From assembly GCA_965112735.1 (NCBI GenBank), contig OZ218964.1, forward strand, positions 806,001 to 870,000: DNA of 64,000 nt, read 5' to 3'. The stretch is from Phaeosaccion multiseriatum (lineage: Eukaryota; Protista; Ochrophyta, other classes). The notes beneath the pieces are model-generated. The model was not told the origin of the DNA, made no database searches, and saw only the letters and a list, made by a program, of their open reading frames with translations. Numbering within the stretch: position 1 is the first letter of the stretch; the number at the start of each line of letters is the position of its first letter. Below are positions 23,262 through 35,879 of this stretch, piece by piece. The translations under genes were made by a program, and so were the position numbers.

Positions 23262-26200
23262 TCATAACAGGAAGGGCAGGAGTAAGTCCTTGCCCCCCCC
23301 CGCCGCCTTGCCTCCGCTCCACTCCCGCGGCTGACCTCCTCCTCCTCCTCCTCCTCCTCCTCGGTGGTAGTGGGCATCAAGATGCGCCAGATAGGGCCCA
23401 ATCACACCGGCCAGGCCGCTCTCCGCTGCCAAGGTATGCCTCCGCAGGGCAGCAGTTGGTGATACAGCAGCAGTCGACGAAGCAGGGGCGCGAAGAGGCT
23501 GAGGTCCCCCAAGGGGGTGGGCGCTGTCCATCGCGTGCAGAGCTTGCAAGAAGGAGTACACGTCGAGGCGGGCAGCGGGGTGGGAGGTGCGCACAGAGAT
23601 CTGCACATGGGGACGGGGGAGGGAGGGAGGGACGGAGGGAGGGGGGATGGGAGGGAGGGAGGGAGGGAGGGAGGGAGGGAGGGAGGGAGGGAGGGAGGGA
23701 GGGAGGGAGGGAGGGAGGGAGGGAGGGAGGGAGAAGATGAGGTAGAGGCTTTTCCGAACAGGGATGCCAGGACGTCAGAGCCAAGATGGAGAGGCAGTTT
23801 CAGTTTCAGTTAGTAGCCCTTCCTGCCCCCCCTGCGGGGAACGTCGGCATATGGGCCGGCAGGTCATAGGGTGCCATTTGTTGCGCCTTCGCCCCTGCGC
23901 CTCGTCTTCTTCACCCTCTCGAAGAGGAGCCCACCCCACTTACTCACTCACTCACTCACTCACTCACTCACTCACTCACCCACTATAATGAAACTCACTC
24001 ACTCACTCACTGACTCCCTCAATCCTCTTCATGTACGCACTCCCACCCACCTGGCACAGCGCCCTGACGGCCGCGAATCGTGTTTCCCGTCCCTCATACA
24101 TGGCAAGGACCTTGAGGCGCATCAGAATGGCCGTGCCTGCCTCCGACAGGGCCGCCAACGCCGGGGCCTGCCCATATGCCTGCCCCATCCCTCCTATCCC
24201 TCCCAGCCTAGGCGATGGGGCGGTTCCTGCCCTGCTTCTCCTCCCGGGGGGCGTCCCCGGGGGGCTCGGGTGGGGAGAGAGGGAGGTGGTGCCAAAGAGG
24301 GAGCCGAACTCGGACTTTGCAGCAGGAGAGATGCCTCCACTGCCCAAAGAGCCCAGGGATACAGGCAGAGGCATGTTCTGCGATGACGAGGGTAGAGGAG
24401 GGGGAGGACAGAAAAGAAAGGGCAGTCGAAGGCAGCAGAGAAGGCAGCAAATGGTACACGTGTGTATGTGCGTGAGGAAGCACGGAGGCATACAAAGGCA
24501 TATATCCAAAAGGCATCCGGAGAGGTGTGGGTGGGATAACGAAAGGGAAAGGTGCCGACGACACACGCGCCAGACGCACGCGAGAGATGCACGCACCGGT
24601 CTCCTGGGCGAACAAGTAGCAGTAGTAGCAGCGGCAGCGATAGTGGCAGCAGTAGCACTACCGCTCCTTGCCCTAGCCGCCGGGGATGGCACCACTGGGC
24701 CCAGCAGGTCCGCGGCAAATGCCGGGGAGGAAGGGGCAGAAGAGGCCTCCCGCACTGGCAGAGACCCCAGCCCCGTCCCATATACCTGCCCTTGCCCTTG
24801 CTCTTGCCCATATGCCTGCCCCTGCCCTTGCTCTTGCCCAAAGGCCTGGTCCTGGGTTCCCATCAACTCCTCGCAGTACTCTCCAAGCAGCCACACGCCC
24901 CTCCTCTTGAGTCCCTGCACCGCCTGGCGCCCCTCTACATATTCCCGAATGGCCCTTGCCTCAACGCCCTCTGCTGCCATCCCCGCGCCGCCGCCTCCGC
25001 CATCCGCTGCCATCGAGCCTCCTCCACCATCGGCTGCCATTGCTGCCTTGGCGTGTGCGTCGCCGCTGCCGGACGATGATGATGAGCCTCCCCCTCCCCC
25101 CCCGGGGTCGAGGCTGCTGCCTCCCGCCCTGGAGAAAGAGATGGGAGAGAAGGGGGGGGGGGGAAGAGGGGCCGGGGGATGGGGAGGGGGAAGGGGAAGA
25201 GGGGCGGGAAGGGGGAGGAGTTGAGTGAGTGAGTCCAATGTCGATGAGAAGATCAACATCGCATCGATATTGACATGGAATCGCTTCCGTGAATCAGCGC
25301 AGGTGCCAAAGAGGGGTTGAAGAGGGGTGCGAGGAAGGAGGAGAGAGGGCCATGGGGTACCGTCACGGCCACTTGAGAGCAAGAGCAAGGAGCGCACATA
25401 CACATGAGAGCCAAAAACGAACAGGGCGACTTAAGGCACCACCCCCACCCACCCACCCACCCACCCACCCAGCCAGCCTCTCTCTCAATGACTTACTACC
25501 CACGCACCTCCGGCTGCTGTATGTGGCTCTATGTCCTTTGCCAGCCCCGCCATCTGTGAGTGTAGAGGAGGACACTCTCCGTGCCCTGCTCTGAGCAGAG
25601 CTCCCAGAGAGGGTCGGAGAAGAGGGTACCCCGACCCCACCTCCCCTGGGGGCCACACCCACCCCTGCCCCCGGCCCTGTCACAGGCGATGCCCCTCCTC
25701 CGTGGGACAGCCTCCCCGACGGGCTGTTCCTACTCATCGCTGCCATGTGACTGTGACTGTTCGATCGGGCTCTGCTGCCGCTGCTGCCTGCGCCCGGGGA
25801 TGGGCTTCGGCCTGGGCTTGCGGCGTCTCTCAAGGTCACCGCACTACTATTCGACGATCGATGACTGCCCGCCCCTGTCAGCTGCCGTGGCGTGACGGGT
25901 ATTTTGACCACCAAGCCCTCTCCTCCCTGTCCTCCTCCTGCTGCTGCTGTTGTAACTGCCACAGGGTCTCCCCCGGACGGCTGAGGCGGTTCTTCCCCGG
26001 ACCGTTCCGAAGAATGTGAGTGCTCTGAAGAGAAGCGGTCTCTGCGGTTGCTGCTTAGCGGTCGCGGAGGGTAGTTTGACACGGGTTGGATCTGCTGTTG
26101 CTGTTGCTGAGCCGCCAAATGGTCCTGCTGTATCACCAACTGCTCCTGTTGGTGGGTGTAGGCCTGGAGGGCCTGGAGTCCGTCGAGCCCGTCGGGGGGG

Positions 26201-29200
26201 AGGGGGAAGGACGCATCGAGCATGCGGAAGATGCTCGAAAGCACCACCTGAATATAGAGAGTAGAGGGCATCGACAGGGAGAGTAGAGGGCATCAAGAGA
26301 GAGAGAGAGGGGAGCGAGAGAGAGAGAGAGAGACGAGGGCATCGAGAGAGAGGGAGTAGAGAGTATCGAGAGAGAGAGAGTCGAGGGCATCGATAGAGAG
26401 AGTAGAGAGTATCGAGAGAGAGAGTCGAGGGCATCGAGAGAGGGCATCGAGAGAGGGAGTAGAGAGTATCGAGAGAGAGAGTCGAGGGTATCGATAGACG
26501 TCAGAGAGGGGCCGTGCGAATTCGTGAGAATACGGACAAAGGGGAACGGAAACTAGAGAAGTAGGAGAAGTAGGAGACACCATCACAACCCAAGCAGTCA
26601 AGCAATGTGTACACCATCACAACCCAAGCAGTCAAGCAATGTGTACACCCACCCCCCCTTTCCACCTCACCTCTCTCGAGGAGCCTTCGTACTGAAGACA
26701 TCGCGTCCACGCACTGGCGACGATGTTTGCCATGGAGTCAGTCGGCACCTCGTACACGAACTTCTCCACTATCATTAGCGTTATTCCCATCACGTCCTGG
26801 GGGGGGGGGGGAGTGAGGGAAGGAGGGGGCAGGCAGAAGGAGTGGGGAAATGCGGGTAGGAGGTGGAAGATCGCGAGTGCCTTTCCGGACAGATCATACG
26901 GCCTCGGGAGAGAAAGACAGAGAGAGATAGAGATACAAGGAGCGCGAGAGAGAGAAAGAGAGAGAAAGAAGGTGTCACTTACCTTCCTGGAGGTAGCTGA
27001 GCACTGCACTCTCGTCAGCATGCTGTCCACAAGATGCTCCAATGACTCGCCTGTGCACAGTTCGACAGGACGGAGGGGACATAGTGTAGCGGATGGCAGT
27101 GGATGGCAGTGAGCGACGATGGATCGCAGTGGATGGTGGCAGAGTCAGGGGGGGTTTCAGATTCTGTGGATACTCGAATATCCATCCCGCTGCATACTCG
27201 ATGCGTTTAAGGTATTCGATACACTGGACAACAATGTAGACAATACGGTACCTGTGAGTGTCTTTGGAGCGAGAACCACCATGTCCTGCAACCACCGCCA
27301 CAGCTCATCAAGCTCCGAGTCGTCTTGTCGGGCCTGAGGGAAAGCAAGGGGGGGGGGGTGTTGAAGGGCAGGGAGGGGGACAGGGACGGAGACAGACAAG
27401 GGTTAGCTAAGCAAGGAGGGGGGGTGTTGAAGGGCAGGGAGGGGAACAGGGACGGAGACAGACAAGGGTTAGCTAAGCAAGGAGGGGGGGTGTTGAAGGG
27501 CAGGGAGGGGAACAGGGACGGAGACAGACAAGGGTTAGCTAAGCAAGGAGGGGGGGTGTTGAAGGGCAGGGAGGGGAACAGGGACGGAGACAGACAAGGG
27601 TTAGCTAGGGTCCGGTGCAGGGTCAGGTTTGGGGTGTGAGGTGTGAGGTGTGAGGTATGAGGGGTGAGGAAAGAGGTGTGAGGTGTGAGGTGTTAGGTGT
27701 GAGGTGTGAGATGCCAGCTGTCAGATGCCAGCTGTGAGGCCTCTCTCCCCTCCCTATCACTCTCTCTACCTGTGGGTTGGGAATAAGCAGGAACATGGCC
27801 TCTAAGGCGAGGGCCCTGACGTAGGGCTGCACAGCGTCAAGAAGCCCGAACTGACGCAGGGCCACACAGAGCTTCCTGAAGGTGGAGAGCGGGAGAACAA
27901 AGCCGAGCAGAGTGAGGCAAAGTCAAGTCAAGGAAGGCGAAGAAGCGAGACGCAGAGAGAGGGGCGGGTGAGACGCCACGGGTGGAGAGTCGGAGACAGA
28001 AGAAAGAATGAGAGGGAGAGGCAAGGGCACAGCGGGCAGCAAACGCATTTCTTTGAAGTGGTGTATCACCAAGTGCTGTATCACCAACACGTCTACCCGC
28101 CCACTCCCTGCTGCAATGCGCTCACTTGATGCTGCTGCTGTTGGTGCTCTCCACGGCCTCCGCGCCTCCTGCTGATGTATCACCAACTGCTGCTGCTTGT
28201 GTCGCGTTGGTGCTTCTTGTGTCGAGGCTGTCGAGGCCGAGCAGGTCAGTGAAGTCCGCAGAGCCCGACAACAAGTCGCGAGGGTCGTTGGAGGGAGAGT
28301 TTGTCTGCAGAACAGGGGGGTAGACGGGTGAGAAGAGGAGTACGGGCAGGAAGTGAAAGGAGAGGGAGAGGAGGGGTGAGCAGTGAGTGTGACAGAGAGA
28401 GGGAGATCCATCCCTCCATCCCTCCATCCATCCATCCATCCACTGCCAACCATCCATGCATGCATCCATCCATCCATCTATTCCTCCATCCCTCCATCCA
28501 TCCATCCCTCCATCCAATCCATCCATCCATCAACCTGTCCATCTATCCATTTTCCCATCCATCCACCCATCCATATCACTCACTGCAGGGTGTGGGCCAG
28601 GCTCTGTCGAAGTCGGTGCCGTCCTCGCTGGTGTAGGGGTGGGCAGAAAGGACACGATAGAACCCGTCGACGGTTCGCCAGCTGTGACAACACCTAACCC
28701 TCCGCTTCCCTTAGAGTGCCTTCCCTGCCCCCCCTGGAGGCCGATCCCCCCCCTGCTGTTGTCTCTTTCTGTCTCTCTGTCTTTGCCTCTGCGTCGGACC
28801 ATCTCTTCATGGCTCATGGCCATTTGATAAGTCTTGCCTACTTCGCTGTTGTCATGACAAATGAGTCCAGGGGTGGAGGGGTGGAGGGGTTGAGCGGAGA
28901 GGCCAAAGTTCAGCGGAGCAGCGCAGAGGGAGCCAGGGCTGGTTCCGGAAACGCCTCCTTCCAGGGCGTGAGGATTTACCTCCCTCACTCACTAACTTAC
29001 TCTCACTGACTTACCTGCACACCCGACACGTAGCGTGAGCAAGGGGCCAGTCAAAGCCCCGGCCGGTCAGCGAAGCACTGAGACCGTTGCTATTCGAGTT
29101 GGTACTTCGCCCTGCCCCCGCCTTGACTCCTGACTTGGCCCTACTATGGACCCCCCCCCCCCTGGCTGCCTTGATGCCCCCCATGGCCTCAGCCAGACAT

Positions 29201-32200
29201 CGCACCAAGCGCTGCTGCACGCGGTCGAAGAGGGCGATGTCGTGGGACCGTTGAGCCTCCTCGAGAAGCTTCCACGCCCTGTTCGGATGGCAGTGGATGC
29301 GGGGATGGGGGAACGGGGGGACGGGGGGGGTGAGGGGGTGGCAGTGAGGGAGGTGCGCTGTTGCAGAGCGAGTTGCGCTGGGGGGGGGGGGGGATGGCAG
29401 TGGATGGATACGTCACACGTTCTTAGGTCTTCTCTTTCCACAGCTTGGGAAGTGTCGGTGTAGGCATTCCATTGATTCTCCTCCCCCTCTGAGATCTGAC
29501 CATTGGGTCCACCCTCTGACCATTGGGTGCCCCCATCCACTGCCATCCCCCTGCAAACAACGGCAACCTGTTGCATGCATTGGTACACCCATCCCCTGCC
29601 ATCTACTTCCTTCCCCTTACATTGGGTGTCCCATGATGCTCTGAATGGCCTCCAACGCCACCCTGTTGCGTTCCTCCTTCTCCACGCTGTTGCAGATGGT
29701 AATGTAACAGTCAAGCCGCACAGAGGGGTCGAAGTGTGTGTCTTCGTTAAACGCCAGCGTCTTCAACACCTGTTGGTCATACAGATGAGAGGGAGAGGGA
29801 GGAGGGGGGGGCGTGAGAGGGAGGGAGGACGACACAAATAAAAGTTACGGAGTTGAGGGGTGCTTCCTTAAACTGACTTGAGTCATGCCCTGACTGACTG
29901 ACTGACTGACTGACTGACTGACTGACTGACAAAACTGACTGACTCGTACCTCCCTTCATGCTGTCCATATGCCTGGGCAAATATTCCTGCCTCGCTGCTC
30001 ACCCACCCACCCACTCACTCACTCACCCTAAGATAGTAGACGCAGGCCAGGTCGTCAGTAAGATTGGGCATCCCCTCGGACCCAACCCCGGCCATGTCGA
30101 GCTCCAGCCCAATGTGCGTGGGCACGAGCCAATTACGCCCCACTATCACTTCACCCAGCACACGGGCGGGGTCTCTCTGCGTATACGGCGACACGCATAC
30201 ACATACACACACACACACATACACACATACATACATACACACATGTGCGAGCGACCCACGAGAGGGGAACACAACAGGGCAGGACAACAGCAAGAGACAA
30301 GAGACCAAAGTGAGAACCCTCTCTGCGCGTGCATGCTCAGTTGGTAGTACGGAGAAAGGGTCGCCACAGAGTAGGAAGCCCATCTGTAAGCGAGCTCCCT
30401 ACCAGAGGCGTCGATTGAACCCTCCCTCCTCCCCCCCCCCTTCCGCACGTCCCTTCCCCTCTCCCTCCTCGGGGTGTGTGCCCACCTGTGCATGTCCGAG
30501 CAGTACTGCGAAGGCATGTCTAGCTGTGAGTGCGTGCGTGGAGGAGCAGGCAGAGAGCACAGGGGCAAGGTACTCGGCAGACGAGCTAAGGGCCGGGCAG
30601 TGACGAAGGGAGGAGAGAAGGGCGGCGCTGCGGGGCAAGAGGGAGAGAGAAGAGAGAGAGAGAAGGGAAGGGGGGGAGAATGCACGTGCCATGGGGGCGA
30701 GAAAGAAGAGAGAGAAGAGGGAGGGGGTCAAATCGAGGCGGAGAAGAACGGCAATCGATGGTGCAAGAGAGGGAGAGACAGATGCGCAGGGGAGTGCCCT
30801 CCAGTGCCTTCCTCCGCACCGACCAACCGACCGGCCACCCCACACCCCACCCTACCCTACTTCACACCCAACAACACCCACCTGAGATGCTGCTGACTCT
30901 TGGCCTCTTGCTCCTCCTTCTTTCTCCCCTTCTTGCCCCCTCCTCCCATGATGCCCTTGCTCTTTCGAGGCGTCTCTTTGCCCCCCCCTCCTCCCCCTCC
31001 CCCTCCCCCCCCCCCTCCTCCTCCTCCCCCACCGACGGCCGCATTGGTCACCTCCTGCAGCGGCCCGTCTACGGCAAGCTTGAGACTGTTCAATGCTGAC
31101 TCTCGCAGTGCCGTCGCTGCCTCTGTGTCAAGGGCACAGCGAGAGGCGTAGTGTGCCTTGGAAGAAACACAAAAAAGAGCAACCGTTGGGAACCAGCCTG
31201 TGTGGTGTGCACGTGCACAGATATGCGATTCCCTCCTTGCCTGCCTCCCTGCCTGCCCTCTCTTCCTCCCTCCTTCCTTCCTTCCTCCCTCCTCCCTCCC
31301 CCCTTCGCTCCCTTCCTTCCTTACCTGTGCACAGAGGATGCCCAGCGTGCGGAAAGCCACCATCCTCCTTGGCAGATGAGCATGCCTCGCCTCCCCCCCC
31401 ACGGCCTCGATGGCTCTAAGGAGCAGGTCCGCACTTAAACCCCTACCTCTCCAGCACTCTCCTCCTCCGGCCGGGCCTTTGTCCAGGGCCCTGAGGCGGC
31501 GATAGCGCTGGGGCAGCAGGCCCTATATGGACACACACACACACACAGAGAGAGAGAGACGCACGTAAATAGAGAAACGAGAGACGCACACACATAGGTA
31601 CACACATGCATGGCGTAGAGGGGAGGGAGGAGGGGGGGCATCGACAGCAGTATATCGATCCAAGATAGTGGAGAAGAGCACTGTCTGTCTTGCCTTGCGA
31701 GGTACTGAGCTTAGTTGGGTGCCAACCTACCCAACCAACCCAACCTACTCACCTGCGAGTCTCCCTCCGCCGTGAAGAGGGCCCTGAGGAAGTAATGCAG
31801 GTAACGCATGCACTTACGGTCCCAGTCCTTGTCCTTCTCCCTGCACAGTGCCATCATTAGCAGCAGCTGCTCGGTGAAGAGCGCGCTGAGCTCCTGTGGT
31901 TGGTTGGTTGGTTGGTACGGGTGAAAAAAGAGAATAAGAGCAGAGCAAAGTATGTAGAGAAGAGTTGAGAGGAGGGTAGAGAAGAGCAGAGCAGAGAGCG
32001 TTGAGAAGAAGGAAGCGCCCTCCTCCCACACTGCACTTGTTTTCAGAGCTCTTTAGAGCAGGGTCGTGAATGTGTCCTACCCGCTTGGACAAAGCCGATG
32101 GAAGCAGATAGAGAGAGCCATGTAGCCACATACCCACACAGACAAGATGGGCAGACGAAAGAGAGGAAGCAGAAGCAGCAAGGAACAACTCACCACATCA

Positions 32201-32399
32201 CCCACGAAGAACGAGAGGTCTCGCAGGTCGTTGGTGGCTGTCTCTCTGCTCTTCTTGCCCTTCTCCCCCAGCCTCGCGGCCACCACTCCCTGCCGCTTCA
32301 TCTTTTTGTTCTCTCGACGGAAGGCGGCGACGGCGTAGGCTGTCCGCTGCTGCTGTACATGGGTGCCACGGGTGTACTGGGTAGGGGTCCCTCGGACAT
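23262..32399 (-). CDS. TSET/TPLATE-complex large subunit TSAUCER (plant TASH3) homologue, alpha-solenoid, many exons
   Basis: Ordered motifs recalled from plant TASH3: [24 protein letters not shown]; RRMVAFRTL; [12 protein letters not shown]; [12 protein letters not shown]; [28 protein letters not shown]; GVWLLGEYC; [12 protein letters not shown]|[18 protein letters not shown]; [18 protein letters not shown]; ATG at 32399. Confidence 0.75.
26275..26500. repeat. Intronic degenerate AG-rich minisatellite (GAGAGTAGAGGGCATCGAGA-type units)
   Basis: Visible tandem variants. Confidence 0.85.
27342..27607. repeat. Intronic 66-bp minisatellite x4
   Basis: GGTTAGCT anchors at 27401, 27467, 27533, 27599. 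Confidence 0.95.
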
Positions 32400-32914
32400 C
32401 CGAAGGACTTCAGTGCGTTTATAGGGGGGTGGTGTAGGAAGGGAACAAAAGGAAGACGCAATGTAGGCAGCAGAGGAAGAAGAGGAAGGTTGGGGAGTGT
32501 AAATTGATCAAATAGGTGATATCGCAAGGGCTACCCACCCTTTCCCTCCACGAGGCAAGCTTTGGCTGTACTATTTGAGGAACTTTCGTTGCAGTGAGTC
32601 CACAGACCGTCCACAACCCCTCACATCGAGCATACATCTAGGATCTAGGGTGGAGAGAGGAGAGAGACAGAGCGCTCACCCGAGATGGTCGTCATCCGTG
32701 AAATCCACGCTACCAGTAGAGCTACCGCTCCTTTGCCTATTCAGCGAGGCCTTCACGGGTGTGGCCATGTGGCCCTTTTCTTGTATTAATGACCTCTTCT
32801 TCTCTTATTTACACATATTTTTTTTATAAGTTGCAAGTTGGCAGGTCGAATGAGCTGAAACTCATAAACTCATCTCGACTCACAGATGGCGCGTACAACC
32901 ACGCCTTCTACCTT

Positions 32915-35848
32915 CTACACCCTCCTCCACTTGCCCCGCTCCATGCGAGCCACCACGCGCAGCAGCTCTCGGAACACGGGGGCATAAGCGTGGGGCACGT
33001 CACGGAACTCCTCCAGCACCTGCAGTAGTTGGTGATACGGCGGTCAGAGGTGGGAAGCAAGGGAGGCGTAGCACATCACAGCGTGAGAGCGACAAGAGAC
33101 GCACACACATCCACCCACGCCTGGGCGACGCCTGGGGCACCGCAACCGCAGTAGCAGCAACAACTTCGTCCTTGCCGTTTCCTTCCTCTCCTTCCCTCCT
33201 CTCTCTCTCCCACACACACACACACCTGAGCAGTGGTGAAGGCGGGACCACCTCCGCCCCCCCTCCCTCCGAAGAAGCGCTGCAGCCTCCCCAGCAGACG
33301 CGCGTGGAAGTCGTCTCGGTTCTCCCCCTGCCGCGGCCCTCCCCTCTCCGCATCAGCTCCCCCTCCCGCCCCTCCTCCTCCTCCTCCTCCGCCGCCGCCG
33401 CCACCTCCCCCACCCAGCTCGGGGAAGAGTTGCACTGCTGTGGCTGCCGCAGGAGCCGCTTGTCGCTCTCGAATGCGTCGCAAGATGTCCGAGGAGGAGT
33501 GGGCCCCGCCGTTCCCTCCTCCTCCTCCTCCTCCTCCTCCGAGTCCACCAATGCCGGCGGTGGGAGCGGTCTTGCACCCGCCACTCGCACCAGCAGCGCC
33601 CCCTTCCGCAGACAAGGAGGAAGCAGAACAAGTCGTAACCGTGCCAAAGCGAACGCCCCCCCCGCTGCTACTCGCTCCTCCGCTGCTCCCAAACGAGACC
33701 CGCCGACCGCCACCCCCTCCCCATGCTCCCGCCCCAGCAGCCGTATGACCAACTGCTGCAGAACTACTCAGCCCCCCATTCCGACCCGTCCAGGTGGGCT
33801 CGAAGGCGGCTCCACCTCCTCCTCCTCCTCCCTCGAGAGCGGCCGACCGTCTCAGACACTCTAAAGCCCTCTGTGCCTCCTTCTTGGCCTCCTCCTGCAT
33901 GGCCTTGCTCACCGCCACTCCGCCCGCCGCCGCCGCCGCTGCATCCGCAGAGGCAATCTTCTTGCTACTGCTGCTGCTCCTACTCAGGCTACCGTGCTCT
34001 GCCAAATCGTGCTCGAAGACGCTGGCGAGAGGGCCGCTGTTGAAGAGACCCTGCAAGATGTTTGCTTCCGCAGCCGCGTCCGCGTCATCACTTGCCCCTT
34101 GTCCTCCTCCTCCCGCTCCTGCCGCTGCCGCCCCAGTGGACGAAGCCCCCCGCCCCCTGCTACTGCTGCTACTGCTGCCACCGCCGCTGCTACCCCCGCT
34201 CGATCTCGAGCATCTCCTTGTTCCGCCCTCTACTTCGCCGTCCTCGTCCTCGTCCCCGTCTCCGCCTTTCCCATCCTCCCCATCCTCTCCCCTGTTCCTC
34301 CTCCTTCTCCTCCTCCCGCTGCTGCTGCTGCTGCCCCCCGCCCCTCCGCCCCCCCTCGGCAGCGTGCCAGCGCCATTGAAAACGTCCCCCGTGGCGGTGT
34401 GCCCATCCGCAGAGCCGTCGTCGCCAAGCGTGAAAAGCTCGCGCAGCTCAGAGGAGCTAAACAAGCGCCGCTGCTTGGGATTGGAGAGAACCCGATTGGT
34501 CAACGCCGTTTTGAATATCTGCCGGTGGTAAATCTTTTCCTCGATTGTGCCGGCAGTGATGAAGCGATACACTGTCACTGCCCGCACCTGCCCCACCCGC
34601 CACGCCCTCTCCCTCGCCTGTGTGTCAGTGGACGGGTTCCAATCGGGGTCGAACAAAATGACCCGATCCGCCCCGGTAAGGTTCGTACCCACGCCCCCGG
34701 TGCGCGTGGTCAGGATCATTAGGAAGACCGAGGTGTCCGTATTGAAGCGGTCAATGAGGGACTGCCTAGAGCCCACCGGCGTGTTCCCATCCAATCTACC
34801 GTAGCACCAACGCTTCTCCTTGGCGAACCCTTCAAGGATGTCAAGCATTTGCCTCGTCTGCGCAAAGAGCAGCACCCGGTGTCCCTCCCTCTTCCAGCGG
34901 GGAAGCAGCTCCTCCAGAGCGAGCATCTTGCCACTCCGCTCCACCGCACCGTATCCATTCACGCCGTAGACACCACCACCACCACCCTGCCCCTCCCCCT
35001 TCCCCATTCCCTTCCCGGTGCCGTCCTCATCCTCATCCTCAAATTCGTTGTTATCCTTTCCCAAAAACGCAGCGATCTTACCCTCCCCTCCCCTCCTGCA
35101 CTTGCCAATACCTTCTCCTGCCCCGTACCCAGGCTCGCACGCCAAGTCCGGATGATTGCAAAGCTTCCTGAGGATGTCAATGGCCCGAAAAGACTTCGAC
35201 CTCTGCGACAACACGGCTTCGATCTCAGGTGTGGAGAGATAGTCCAGATAGACCTCGCGCTGGTACGGGGTGAGACGGCAGAAGATCACCTAGCGAGGGA
35301 GCGTGGGTGGGGGTTGGGAGGCGTGAGGGGATGGCAGTGGATAAGAGGGAGGGGGGGCAGCAGGTGGAGGAAAGGAGGAGGGAGGAGAGGAGAGGAGGAG
35401 GAGGAGGAGGAGGAGGACGAGGAGGAGGAGGAGGAGGAGGAGGAGGAGGAGGAGGACGAGGAGGAGGAGGAGGAGGAGGATAAGGAGGAGGATGAGGAGG
35501 AGGAGAAGGAGGAGGAGGAGGAGGAGCGGAGGGGAGAGGAGGAGGAGGAGGAGGAGGAGGAGGGTCTAACGTATGGCAAGTATTTCACGATGTGTCTTAT
35601 CAAAAACACATCAACCATTGACTTACAACACAATACACCACAACGCACCTGCTCGGTCTTGTCCGGTAAGTCAATAACCTCAGAGAGATCCTTCTTGAGG
35701 CGGCGCAGCAAGTAGGGGCTGATGAGGTCTCTGAGCACCACGGCGCAGCGGTAGGCCATCTGGACCTGCATGGGGGTCGCGTTGGCGTAGCCTCCTACTC
35801 GCAGAGGGTTGGCGAACTCTGCTTCAAAGGCCGGGAGGGTGCCAAGTC

Positions 35849-35879
<31 letters not shown>

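Noticed and set aside
27342-27607. Regular repeats suggestive of a CRISPR array
   Set aside because: No unique spacers, eukaryotic intron, no cas genes
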